Part shown: in pieces, positions 19,738 to 28,518 of the stretch
Numbering within the stretch: the first letter of the stretch is position 1
Layout: each line of letters begins with the position of its first letter
Assembly: GCA_020725585.1 (NCBI GenBank)
Contig: DYES01000072.1
Location: 921-64,920, forward strand
From: Desulfovirgula sp.
GTDB lineage: Bacteria; Bacillota; Desulfotomaculia; Desulfotomaculales; Nap2-2B
DNA length: 64,000 bases
Reading direction: 5' to 3'
Program-made: the position numbers and the translations under genes
The notes under the pieces: model-generated
What the model saw: only the letters and a program-made list of their open reading frames with translations
The model's database searches: none
What the model was told of the DNA's origin: nothing

Positions 19738-20859
19738 ATGACAGTTGATATTTTCCTGAATCTGACGGGGCGCGGTTACCACATCTATATCGGCCCCGGA
19801 TTAGTCGGCAGGCTGGGCGCCTACCTGAAAGGTTTACCTTTAAGCGCGAAGGCGCTGCTGGTAACAAATCCAAAGGTGCGCGTGCTTTACGGCGCCCTCG
19901 CGGAAAAAAGCCTTCTTTGCGCCGGTTTTCAGGTGGTTACCGCCGAAGTACCCGATGGCGAGGAGGCAAAAAGCCTGTCCAGCGCAGAAAAACTTTACGA
20001 CCTGGCCTACACCGGCGGACTCGACCGAAAATCTCCCGTGATCGCCTTAGGTGGTGGGGTAGTTGGCGATCTCGCCGGTTTTGTAGCGGCCACTTACATG
20101 CGCGGAGTTCCTTTCGTCCAGGTGCCCACCACCCTGCTTGCCCAGGTGGACAGCAGCGTGGGCGGCAAGGTGGCGGTAAACCACCCCCGCGGGAAAAATA
20201 TCATCGGCGCCTTTTACCAGCCCAGGCTCGTCGTGGCCGATACGGACACGCTGGCCACGCTTGACCCGCACGAGCTGAGATCGGGTCTGGCCGAGGTGAT
20301 CAAATACGGCGTGATTGCCGATGCCGGCTTTTTTGCCTGGCTGGAGAGTAATTTGGAAAATCTTCTTGCCTTGGAACCGGAAGCCCTGGTTCACGCCGTG
20401 GCCACATCCTGCCGGATCAAGGCGCGGGTGGTGGAAGAAGACGAGACTGAACAGGGACGCCGGGCCATCCTCAACTTCGGCCACACCGTCGGCCACGCCC
20501 TGGAGGCCCTCTCCGGCTACAGGGTCTTTCGCCACGGCGAGGCGGTGGCCATCGGGATGGTGGCAGAAGCGAGGCTGGCCGAGGCAATGGGCATTTTTCC
20601 GGAAGAAGATGCGGCCCGCCTCGAGCTCCTCGTGAAAAGGGCGGGGCTGCCGGCTGGAGTTCCCCCCGCACTCTCCGCCGCGCCCACAACCGCCCGAACC
20701 GGCGAATTTTTAGAACTCCTGCAGCGGGACAAAAAGGCGCGGGCCGGCAGATACGCCTTTGCCCTGCCGGTTAAAATCGGGCGGGCGGAAGTTTTTCGGG
20801 ATGTGTCGGAAGAGAAAATCAGGCAGTACATATTGGAAAATCTATCGCTTGACATATGA
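19738..20859 (+). CDS. aroB: 3-dehydroquinate synthase
   Basis: GGGVVGDLAGF.AA.YMRG, PTTLLAQVDSSVGGK, LNFGHT.GHA.E, HGEAV..GM. Confidence 0.96.
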   Translation: MTVDIFLNLTGRGYHIYIGPGLVGRLGAYLKGLPLSAKALLVTNPKVRVLYGALAEKSLLCAGFQVVTAEVPDGEEAKSLSSAEKLYDLAYTGGLDRKSPVIALGGGVVGDLAGFVAATYMRGVPFVQVPTTLLAQVDSSVGGKVAVNHPRGKNIIGAFYQPRLVVADTDTLATLDPHELRSGLAEVIKYGVIADAGFFAWLESNLENLLALEPEALVHAVATSCRIKARVVEEDETEQGRRAILNFGHTVGHALEALSGYRVFRHGEAVAIGMVAEARLAEAMGIFPEEDAARLELLVKRAGLPAGVPPALSAAPTTARTGEFLELLQRDKKARAGRYAFALPVKIGRAEVFRDVSEEKIRQYILENLSLDI

Positions 20860-20878
20860 CATATATAACGGGTATACT
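20849..20878 (+). promoter_or_regulatory. Putative sigma-A promoter of vapBC, overlapping the aroB stop
   Basis: TTGACA-18 nt-TATACT with tandem TGACATA repeats (possible operator). Confidence 0.65.
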
Positions 20879-20898
20879 TTTCCTGAGGTGGTCCTGCA

Positions 20899-21126
20899 AT
20901 GAGAAAGACGATGGTCTACCTGGAAAATGACCAGTTTCTTATGTTAAAAAAAGCGGCGGCTTCTTCTAAAAAGAAGGTTTCGGAAATTATCCGCGAAGCT
21001 ATAGCAAATTACCTGAAAGATAAAAATAAAGTAGACTACTTTTCGTTTGTGGGTATTGCCGAAGGGCCTAGGAATGGCAGAACATCAGAGGAAGCGGAGG
21101 TTGTGCTCCGGGAGGTCCTGCGTTGA
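20899..21126 (+). CDS. vapB: Ribbon-helix-helix (CopG-like) antitoxin
   Basis: MRKTMVYL...L...A......SEIIREAI RHH pattern; 4-nt overlap with the PIN gene. Confidence 0.8.
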   Translation: MRKTMVYLENDQFLMLKKAAASSKKKVSEIIREAIANYLKDKNKVDYFSFVGIAEGPRNGRTSEEAEVVLREVLR

Positions 21127-21539
21127 TCTTTTTCGATACCGGCGCAATCTATGCCCTGATCGATAAAAACGACGTTAATCACAAACAAGCTAAAGAACTT
21201 TATAAAAACCTGGCGGGTAAAGAAGTTCTCTGCACTTCGCTCCCCGTTCTTACCGAAGCGTATTTACTGATTGACGCCCGGCTCGGTAATTACTTTGCCA
21301 ACCGGCTGTGGAAAGGGATCTGCGACGGCGTCCTTGAAATCTTGCCTGTCGAAAGCGAAGAATTAAAAATGGCCTTAGAGATTGAAAGCAAGTACGGCGA
21401 TATCGGCTTTGGGTTCGTAGACGCCACATGTTTTGCCCTCTGTGAAAAATACAAAATCCGCCGGGTTTTTACATATGACAAAAAACATTTTTCCATCTAC
21501 AAACCTGGCTTCACTGACGCACTGGAACTACTTCCATAG
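21123..21539 (+). CDS. vapC: PIN-domain ribonuclease toxin
   Basis: FDTG, VLTE, GFVDA, FTYDKKHF acidic PIN residues; 138 aa. Confidence 0.88.
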   Translation: MIFFDTGAIYALIDKNDVNHKQAKELYKNLAGKEVLCTSLPVLTEAYLLIDARLGNYFANRLWKGICDGVLEILPVESEELKMALEIESKYGDIGFGFVDATCFALCEKYKIRRVFTYDKKHFSIYKPGFTDALELLP

Positions 21540-21614
21540 ACTCTTCAAAAAATACCCGGCCCTTGCTTCCTTACCCGTGCCGATACTTAAAACCTGCCGC
21601 CAGGTTGGGCGGGA

Positions 21615-23336
21615 ATGCGGGGTTGGTTCCGTTTGAACGGCAAACAAGGTTACCGAAAGCGATTGGGCGACCTGCTGGTAGACGCCGGTTTGATCAACGC
21701 CGCTCAGCTGCAGCAGGCTCTCCAGGTGCAGCGGCAAACCGGCGAGCGCCTGGGCCGGGTGCTGGTTAACCTGGGGTTTGTTACCGAGCAGGATATTTTA
21801 AACACTCTGGAAATGCAGTTGGGCATTCCCCAGATTACCTTGGCGGACAAGTTAAATATCCAGCTGGTCAGAAGTATCCCGGAGGCCATCCTGCGCCGGC
21901 ACAAGGTAGTGCCCGTAAAAAGAGAAGGCAACCGCCTGATGGTCGCCATGAGCGACCCCTTGAACGTGGTGGCCATCGACGACCTGCGCCTGGCGACGGG
22001 ACTGGAAATCGATCCTGTGCTGGCCAGGGAGCAGGAGATCGACAGCGCGCTCCAGAAAGCCTTCACCCTTTCCAGCTTAGAAAAGGCCTTCGCCGAAATG
22101 CCGGACGAGCCGGAGGCCGTAGAATTGCAGGCTTTAGACTTAACCCCGGACAGTGCCGGAGGGGCCGAGGCCCCCGTTATCCGCCTGGTTAATTCGCTGA
22201 TTGCTCAGGCCGTAAACGACAAGGCCAGCGATATCCATATCGAGCCCCAGGAAAAGAAAGTGCTGGTGCGCTTCCGGCAGGACGGCCTGTTGCGGGAAAT
22301 AATGACCCTTTCCCACCAGACCCGCCTGCCCCTCGTCTCGCGGATAAAAATAATGGCCGGAATGGACATTGCCGAAAAACGCCTCCCCCAGGACGGGCGC
22401 ATCCAGATTAAATTTGCCGGGCGTAATATCGACCTGCGGGTTTCCAGCATGCCGACCGTTTTCGGAGAAAAAATCGTCCTGCGCATTTTAGATAAAAGCA
22501 CCAGCATTTTGCCTATCGAAGAACTGGGTTTTGACGATTATAATTTCAACCGCTTTTTAAGCCTTCTCCGCCACGCTTACGGAATGGTGCTGATCACTGG
22601 GCCCACCGGAAGCGGGAAGACCACCACCCTGTACGCCGTGTTGAATAAGCTGCGTTCTCCCGAACGAAACATAGTAACTATTGAGGATCCCGTGGAGTAC
22701 CTTTTAGAAGGTATTAATCAAACGCAGGTAAATGTAAAGGCGGGCCTTACTTTTGCTTCCGGGCTGCGCTCGATTTTACGCCAGGATCCGGACGTGATTA
22801 TGGTGGGAGAAATCCGCGACCACGAAACGGCGGAGATCGCCGTGCGCGCGGCTTCCACGGGGCACCTCGTGCTGAGCACCCTGCATACGAACGACGCCGC
22901 CGGAGCCCTGACCAGGCTTATCGACATGGGTGTAGAGCCGTTTCTGGTGGCTTCCTCGGTACTGGGGGTAGTGGCCCAGCGCCTGGTCCGGGTGCTTTGC
23001 CCGCACTGCCGGCAGGAATACCGGCCCGCCCCCGACACCGTGGAAAGAATATTCATGGGCGCCGCCCCGGCGGACGACGTAACCCTGTACGCTCCCGGCA
23101 GGTGCGCCCGCTGCGACCAGACCGGCTACCGGGGGCGGATCAGCATCCAGGAGGTGCTCAACGTTACGGGAAGCATCCGCAGTTTAATCAACCAAAAGCG
23201 CCCCGCCGGCGAAATCAAGCGCCAGGCAATCAAAGAAGGGATGGTAACCCTGCAGCAGGACGGGATCAACAAGGCCCGGCGCGGCGTGACAAGCATCCAG
23301 GAAGTCATGCGCGTGGCCTACAGTGAAGAAAGATAG
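21615..23336 (+). CDS. pilB: Type IV pilus assembly ATPase PilB (GspE/PulE family)
   Basis: N-terminal RLGDLLV.AGLI...QL..AL..Q...G.RLG.VLV..G (MshEN-type), ASDIHIEP, GPTGSGKTT, LRQDPD, tetra-Cys motif. Confidence 0.93.
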   Translation: MRGWFRLNGKQGYRKRLGDLLVDAGLINAAQLQQALQVQRQTGERLGRVLVNLGFVTEQDILNTLEMQLGIPQITLADKLNIQLVRSIPEAILRRHKVVPVKREGNRLMVAMSDPLNVVAIDDLRLATGLEIDPVLAREQEIDSALQKAFTLSSLEKAFAEMPDEPEAVELQALDLTPDSAGGAEAPVIRLVNSLIAQAVNDKASDIHIEPQEKKVLVRFRQDGLLREIMTLSHQTRLPLVSRIKIMAGMDIAEKRLPQDGRIQIKFAGRNIDLRVSSMPTVFGEKIVLRILDKSTSILPIEELGFDDYNFNRFLSLLRHAYGMVLITGPTGSGKTTTLYAVLNKLRSPERNIVTIEDPVEYLLEGINQTQVNVKAGLTFASGLRSILRQDPDVIMVGEIRDHETAEIAVRAASTGHLVLSTLHTNDAAGALTRLIDMGVEPFLVASSVLGVVAQRLVRVLCPHCRQEYRPAPDTVERIFMGAAPADDVTLYAPGRCARCDQTGYRGRISIQEVLNVTGSIRSLINQKRPAGEIKRQAIKEGMVTLQQDGINKARRGVTSIQEVMRVAYSEER

Positions 23337-23353
23337 GGCAAAAGAGGGAGAAG

Positions 23354-24457
23354 ATGAGCTCAGTAGATTCCCGGACCTTAATAAAACTCGCCTTTCAAAT
23401 CGGCGCCTCGGATATTCATTTAACTACCGGCTTTCCCCCGGCCTTTCGCCTGCACGGGGAGTTGCTCCCGGCCAGTGCCCTGGCGGCCCGGGGCGTCCTG
23501 GATATTGCGGATCCGGCCCCTTTGCAGCCGGCCGACACCGATCGTCTGGCGCGGGAAATAATGAACGAAGAACAGTACGCCCGGTTGCTCGAAAAAGGAG
23601 AGTACGACTTTTCTATCTCCCTGCCCGGGACCGGCCGCTGCCGGGTAAACGCTTTCAAGCAACGCGGCTCGGTAGCCCTGGCCATCCGCCCCGTTTCCGA
23701 CCAGATTCCCTCCCTGGAACAGTTAGGGCTTCCGGAGTCCGTCAAATACCTGGCCCGCCGCCCGCGCGGCCTTGTCCTGGTCACCGGCCCCACCGGGAGC
23801 GGTAAATCCACTACGCTGGCGGCCATGATCGACCTGCTCAACAGTGAGCGGCACTGCCACATTATCACCCTGGAAGACCCCATCGAGTACATCCATCAGC
23901 ACAAAAAAAGTATCGTTAACCAGCGCGAAATCGGCCGGGACAGCCTTTCCTTTGCCAGCGCCTTGCGCGCCGCCATGCGCGAAGACCCGGACGTAATTTT
24001 AGTGGGGGAAATGCGCGACCTGGAAACCATCGCCACCGCCATCACCGCCGCGGAGACCGGCCACCTGGTGCTGGCCACGCTGCACACCAGCAGCGCCGCG
24101 CAAACCATCGACCGCATCGTCGACGTTTTTCCTCCCCACCAGCAGCAGCAGATCAGGCTGCAGCTGGCCGGTTCTCTGCAGGGGGTCATCGCGCAGCAGC
24201 TGCTCCCCCGCCGGGACCGCCCGGGACGGGTGGCGGCGGTGGAAATCATGATCGCCACGCCGGCAATCAGCAACCTGATCCGTGAAGGGAAAACCTACCA
24301 GATTATTTCCCAAATTCAAACAGGCGCCAGGTACGGCATGCAGACGATGGATACGGCCCTGCGCAACCTCTACCGGGCGGGAGCAATCGGGCGCGAAGAG
24401 GCGCTTGGCTGCTCCGCCGATCCCGAAGGCCTGTCCAGGATGCTTGATAACTTTTAA
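23354..24457 (+). CDS. pilT: Type IV pilus retraction ATPase PilT
   Basis: ASDIHL, GPTGSGKSTT, EDPIEY, REDPDVILVGEMRD, AISNLIRE, GMQT. Confidence 0.95.
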   Translation: MSSVDSRTLIKLAFQIGASDIHLTTGFPPAFRLHGELLPASALAARGVLDIADPAPLQPADTDRLAREIMNEEQYARLLEKGEYDFSISLPGTGRCRVNAFKQRGSVALAIRPVSDQIPSLEQLGLPESVKYLARRPRGLVLVTGPTGSGKSTTLAAMIDLLNSERHCHIITLEDPIEYIHQHKKSIVNQREIGRDSLSFASALRAAMREDPDVILVGEMRDLETIATAITAAETGHLVLATLHTSSAAQTIDRIVDVFPPHQQQQIRLQLAGSLQGVIAQQLLPRRDRPGRVAAVEIMIATPAISNLIREGKTYQIISQIQTGARYGMQTMDTALRNLYRAGAIGREEALGCSADPEGLSRMLDNF

Positions 24458-24476
24458 TAGATTTTTAAAAAATATG

Positions 24477-24505
24477 TTGCATTTTGTTTTGTTAACAGGT
24501 ATAAT
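24477..24505 (+). promoter_or_regulatory. Sigma-A promoter upstream of the riboswitch and pilC
   Basis: TTGCAT-17 nt-TATAAT. Confidence 0.75.
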
Positions 24506-24532
24506 TACACCTGAATTAAACAGGGGAAATTT

Positions 24533-24717
24533 TCTCCATAAAAGGCAACTCCTTAAGGCGAAAGCCAGGAGGCGCAAAGCCACGGGCCTAAAGCCCGGCA
24601 CTCACTAAAAAGCTGCTGTTTTAGTGGCAGCTGATCCCATGCAGGTGGTCGACAAGCAATCTTAACTGCGTGGTCTGCTTAAGTGAGTGCCGGGTATGGC
24701 AGGCGGGCTGCTGGAGG
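24533..24717 (+). ncRNA. Cyclic di-GMP-I (GEMM) riboswitch with enlarged P3
   Basis: P1 CTCCA/TGGAG; GGCAA-P2 with GAAA tetraloop; GCGCAAAGCCACGGGCCTAAA core; 3' ATGGCAGGCGGGCTGC; 13-bp P3 extension CCCGGCACTCACT/AGTGAGTGCCGGG. Confidence 0.88.
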
Positions 24718-24754
24718 CATGTTTTCGGTAAAGAAGCGTGCCTTTTCATTTTTT
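24713..24754 (+). terminator. Riboswitch expression-platform terminator
   Basis: AGGCATGTTTT...GAAGCGTGCCT stem (with G-U pairs) followed by TTTCATTTTTT; 5' arm overlaps the P1 3' strand. Confidence 0.7.
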
Positions 24755-24769
24755 GAAGGCGGCGGGAGA

Positions 24770-25984
24770 ATGGCAGGCTTTTTTTACCGGGCGAGGAACA
24801 AAGAGGGAAAGCTGGTCACCGGTTACCTGGAAGCAGAAGGACAGGCGGCGGCGGCGGTCGCCCTGCGCCGCAGCAACTACGTAATCATCGAGATCCGCCC
24901 CGCGCCGGACAAATCCCGGCTGGTTAACCTGTCCCAACTTTTCGAGCCGCGCGTAAGCGTAAAGGAGCTGGCCCTGTTCTGCCGCCAGTTCGCCACCATG
25001 CTGGGGGCGGGGGTGCCCATCTTAAACTGCCTGCATGTCTTAAGCCAGCAGGCCGGCACTAAAAAGCTGCGCCAGACCGTCAGGGCAATCTCCGACCAGC
25101 TTCAAGGGGGAGCCACATTAACCGAGGCAACGAAAATGTTCCCCCGCGTTTTTCCGCCTGTTTTCGTCAGCATGGTAGAAGCGGGGGAAGTGGGCGGCGT
25201 CCTGGAGCAGGTGCTGGAAAACCTGGCCACCCATTTTGAGAAGGAGCACGAATTAAAGGAAAAGATTAAATCCGCCATGATTTACCCGGTGACGCTGGTC
25301 AGCTTTGCAATCCTGGTGGTAGCAGTACTTACCACTTTCGTGCTTCAAAAATTTATCAACCTGTTCTTCAACCTGGGCATCCCCCTGCCGCTGCCGACGC
25401 GCATCTTGATTACGCTCAGCGATCTTGCGCGGCGTTATCTGTTTTTAGGCGCGGCGGGCGCAGCAGCATTTTCAGTTGTTATGTTATGGCTGCTTCGCTC
25501 CGGGCGCAGGCTGGCGTGGGTGGACAAAGTATTTCTCAAGCTTCCCGTTTTCGGCCAGCTCGTCCAAAAAATCATCATCGCCCGCTTTACCCGTACGCTG
25601 GGAATTTTGCTCAAGAGCGGAATACCGGTTATTCGCGCTTTGGAGGTGGTGAAGAACACTGCCGGCAATATTCTCGTCGTGCGGACAGTAGAAAAAGTGA
25701 TCGAGGACGTCCGGCAGGGGCAGGCGATCGCCCGTTCCCTGGGTGAAAACGGCGTTTTTACCCCCATGGTGGTGCAAATGGTCTCCGTGGGGGAAGAAAC
25801 GGGCAGTCTCGACAAAATGCTCGAAAAGGTTGCCGTCTTTTACGAGCGCGAGGTGGACGCCAGCGTCGGCCGGCTGGCCGCAATGATCGAGCCCGTCTTG
25901 ATCATCGGAATGGGGGTGGTGGTCGGGTTTATTGTGATCGCAATTCTTCTCCCGTATTTTCAGATGTTCGGAGGCATTATGTAG
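24770..25984 (+). CDS. pilC: Type IV pilus platform protein PilC (GspF family)
   Basis: FCRQFATML.AG, FP.VF.SMV.AGE.GG, AMIYP, GEETG.LD.ML, IEP; ATG at 24770 (the track's 24683 start lies inside the riboswitch). Confidence 0.93.
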   Translation: MAGFFYRARNKEGKLVTGYLEAEGQAAAAVALRRSNYVIIEIRPAPDKSRLVNLSQLFEPRVSVKELALFCRQFATMLGAGVPILNCLHVLSQQAGTKKLRQTVRAISDQLQGGATLTEATKMFPRVFPPVFVSMVEAGEVGGVLEQVLENLATHFEKEHELKEKIKSAMIYPVTLVSFAILVVAVLTTFVLQKFINLFFNLGIPLPLPTRILITLSDLARRYLFLGAAGAAAFSVVMLWLLRSGRRLAWVDKVFLKLPVFGQLVQKIIIARFTRTLGILLKSGIPVIRALEVVKNTAGNILVVRTVEKVIEDVRQGQAIARSLGENGVFTPMVVQMVSVGEETGSLDKMLEKVAVFYEREVDASVGRLAAMIEPVLIIGMGVVVGFIVIAILLPYFQMFGGIM

Positions 25985-26089
25985 CAGGCGTTTTTTAAGG
26001 AAACACCGGCGGAAGAGCACAATCAAAAACATTACTTTTATCTTGTAACCCACAACAACTAATTAACGAAATTCTAAGGAGGTTAAATT

Positions 26090-26530
26090 ATGCGGAAAAA
26101 GCAAAAGAATGAGCGCGGTTTCACCCTGGTGGAGCTTATGGTGGTCATTGCCATCATCGGCGTCCTCGTGGCTATTGCTCTGCCCAAGTTTATGAACCAG
26201 GCAAACAAGGCGAAAATTGCCAGTGCCCAGGCTACCCTCGCTAGCATGAAGACTTCTATAGAGGTGTATTATGCTGACACCAAAAACAACAAGTACCCTG
26301 CTAATGCGACAGAAGTAACCAGCGTGCTAGAGGATGACGGCTTTGCTTCAAACACAGTGGACCCGTGGGGTAACAAGTTTAAATACTGGGTAGATACAAA
26401 TAGGAAAAGTTATTATTTATGGTCGGTAGGGCCTGATGATACAACTAATACTAACGACGATGTATACGTAACCGAGTCCCTTCCTCCGACTATAGGGGCT
26501 GTAGATAAAACAGGGACTGATATATTCTAA
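26090..26530 (+). CDS. pilA: Major type IV pilin with GspG-like head domain
   Basis: Class III signal ERG|FTLVELMVVIAIIGVL; DPWGN...Y...YLWSVGPD motif; strong AAGGAGG RBS; downstream terminator. Confidence 0.85.
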   Translation: MRKKQKNERGFTLVELMVVIAIIGVLVAIALPKFMNQANKAKIASAQATLASMKTSIEVYYADTKNNKYPANATEVTSVLEDDGFASNTVDPWGNKFKYWVDTNRKSYYLWSVGPDDTTNTNDDVYVTESLPPTIGAVDKTGTDIF

Positions 26531-26723
26531 CTTTAACCTCCCCCAGGGGTAACGGCGATTTAAACGAAACCTAGAGTGGTGGTAACAGTGTTACAAGATT
26601 TGAGCAGGCTCTTCCCTCGTCGGTTGGGCCAGTTGTTGAAGGTAGAACATAGTAAATAATTTCCGGTGTGGAACGAGAGTGCGGCTAATGAACAGCAATA
26701 ACCTGAGTTATCAACGAAATGGT

Positions 26724-26750
26724 ACGGCGCGGGATTGCCGCGCCGTTTTT
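26724..26750 (+). terminator. Rho-independent terminator after the pilin
   Basis: ACGGCGCGG-GATTG-CCGCGCCGT followed by T run. Confidence 0.8.
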
Positions 26751-26801
26751 CCTGCTTCCATTGCGGTTGAAAAGGCTTCTCCGCCGCGTGGTTAAAGCGA
26801 G

Positions 26802-27587
26802 GTGTTTGTTGCCCAGGTGCGAGAGGAGATGTTTTCTGGTATGGGCGTGGTTTTGGCTGCGTTTTTCGGGCTCATCATCGGCAGTTTCCTCAACGTGGTG
26901 GTCTACAGGTTGCCGCAGGGGAAATCGGTGGTTGCGGGGCGCTCCCGCTGTCCTACCTGCGGGCGGGCGCTGGGCTGGCGCGATCTCGTGCCTGTTCTGA
27001 GCTATCTTTTGCTGCGGGGAAAATGCCGTTACTGCCGGGCGCCTATTTCCCCCCGTTACCCTGCGGTTGAGCTTTTGACCGCCGTGGTGTTTGCCGCGCT
27101 TTTTCTTCGCTACGGGCTTTCGCCGGCCCTGGGCAAGTACCTTTTCCTTTGTTCTGTGCTGATTGCCGCTTCTTTCATCGATCTGGAACACTACCTGATT
27201 CCCGACCGGCTTGTGTTTGCCGGGCTGCTCGGCGGGATCATCTTAAGCCTGCTTGCCCGGGACGTAGAAATAAAATCTGCCGTATTGGGAGCTGCCCTGG
27301 CAGGAGGATTTTTTCTTTTGGTTGTCGTAATTAGTAAAGGAGGCATGGGCGGCGGAGACGTCAAGCTGGCGGGAATGACGGGGTTTTTCCTGGGCTGGCC
27401 GCTGGTGGCGCCCGCTCTTTTTATGACCCTTTTTCTGGGTGGCGCCGCAGGAATCAGTCTTTTGGTCCTGGGCGTTAAAAAGCGGAAGGATCTGGTACCC
27501 TATGGCCCGTTTATTTCTGCCGGGGCGCTTCTGGCTTTATTCTTCGGTCGGGAAATTATTAACTGGTACGTGCAGTTCCTGCAGTAA
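26802..27587 (+). CDS. pilD: Prepilin peptidase/N-methyltransferase
   Basis: GSFLNVVVYRLP, RSRCPTC, GKCRYC, IDLEH, GMGGGDVKL, PYGPF; true start may be ATG 26829 or 26841. Confidence 0.93.
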   Translation: MFVAQVREEMFSGMGVVLAAFFGLIIGSFLNVVVYRLPQGKSVVAGRSRCPTCGRALGWRDLVPVLSYLLLRGKCRYCRAPISPRYPAVELLTAVVFAALFLRYGLSPALGKYLFLCSVLIAASFIDLEHYLIPDRLVFAGLLGGIILSLLARDVEIKSAVLGAALAGGFFLLVVVISKGGMGGGDVKLAGMTGFFLGWPLVAPALFMTLFLGGAAGISLLVLGVKKRKDLVPYGPFISAGALLALFFGREIINWYVQFLQ

Positions 27588-28089
27588 TTTCAAAAGCCTG
27601 CAGAAGCTCTCTAAAAGCAAGAGTTCAGGCGGCTTTACTTTAATTGAAGTCTTAATCGTGTTGTTGATTACCTCTACTTTGCTCCTGGTGGCCATGCCTC
27701 AGCTGGCGAAGGCCGTGGAAAAATACAGCCTGGACGCAGCGGCCCGGCAGCTGGCGGAGGACATCCGGATTACCCAACAGCAGGCGCTCAATGAAGAAAG
27801 CGCGAGTTATTTTCTTCAGCTTTATCCGTATGATCCCTATAATGACTGGTACGAAATCAAAAAGGGATCATTAAGAGTAGCCAGAGTAAAGCTCCCTAAA
27901 AGCGTAGACATGTACCCGACCAATTTTTCGGGCAATAAAATAGTTATTTCCGCGCGCGGCACCGCGGTGGCAGGCGGGACGGTAACTTTGCGCGAGCGGG
28001 CGTCGGGCAGGTTTAAATACGTTATCGTGACCCCTGTGACAGGAAGGGTGCGGGTCAGTGACAGCCCTCCGGAGAATTGGGAAAAGTAA
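27439..28089 (+). CDS. Minor pilin (FimT/ComGD-like)
   Basis: GG|FTLIEVLIVLLI class III signal; C-terminal GGTVTL...VTGRVR; true start probably near 27598 (CTG) just after the pilD stop. Confidence 0.8.
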   Translation: MAPQESVFWSWALKSGRIWYPMARLFLPGRFWLYSSVGKLLTGTCSSCSNFKSLQKLSKSKSSGGFTLIEVLIVLLITSTLLLVAMPQLAKAVEKYSLDAAARQLAEDIRITQQQALNEESASYFLQLYPYDPYNDWYEIKKGSLRVARVKLPKSVDMYPTNFSGNKIVISARGTAVAGGTVTLRERASGRFKYVIVTPVTGRVRVSDSPPENWEK

Positions 28090-28099
28090 ATCCGGATGC

Positions 28100-28516
28100 A
28101 TGAACGTTGCGAACTTTTGCAAGGACGGGCGCGGTTTTACCCTGGTCGAGGTATTGATCGCGGCGGTTATTCTGGTCGCCGTTGTAATCCCTTTGATGAC
28201 CTCGTTTATCAACGCCACCCGGTGGAAGGCCGAAGCGCAGGCGTTGCTCACCGCGGCGAACCTCGCCCAGAGCAAACTGGAAGAGGCGAAAAACAAGCCG
28301 TATGTCGAAGTGCAAAATGATCCCGCCGATTCTAGCGCACCGCCGGTTCCTTTTGCCGACTATCCCGGTTACGCCTGCCGGATTACCGTATCAGAATACA
28401 CGGGAGATGATCCGGATTTGATCGGACAACTGAAAACGGTGACGGCAACCGTCTTCTACGAAACCCCGGGCGGGCAGAAGACCGTTTCTTTAACTATGGA
28501 TAAGGGTGATCGATAA
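28100..28516 (+). CDS. Minor pilin (PilV-like)
   Basis: RG|FTLVEVLIAAVIL; A.NLAQSKLEE; ATG at 28100. Confidence 0.82.
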   Translation: MNVANFCKDGRGFTLVEVLIAAVILVAVVIPLMTSFINATRWKAEAQALLTAANLAQSKLEEAKNKPYVEVQNDPADSSAPPVPFADYPGYACRITVSEYTGDDPDLIGQLKTVTATVFYETPGGQKTVSLTMDKGDR

Positions 28517-28518
28517 AC

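Noticed and set aside
24683..24769. N-terminal extension of PilC in the ORF track
   Set aside because: It overlaps the riboswitch and terminator; family similarity starts at ATG 24770.
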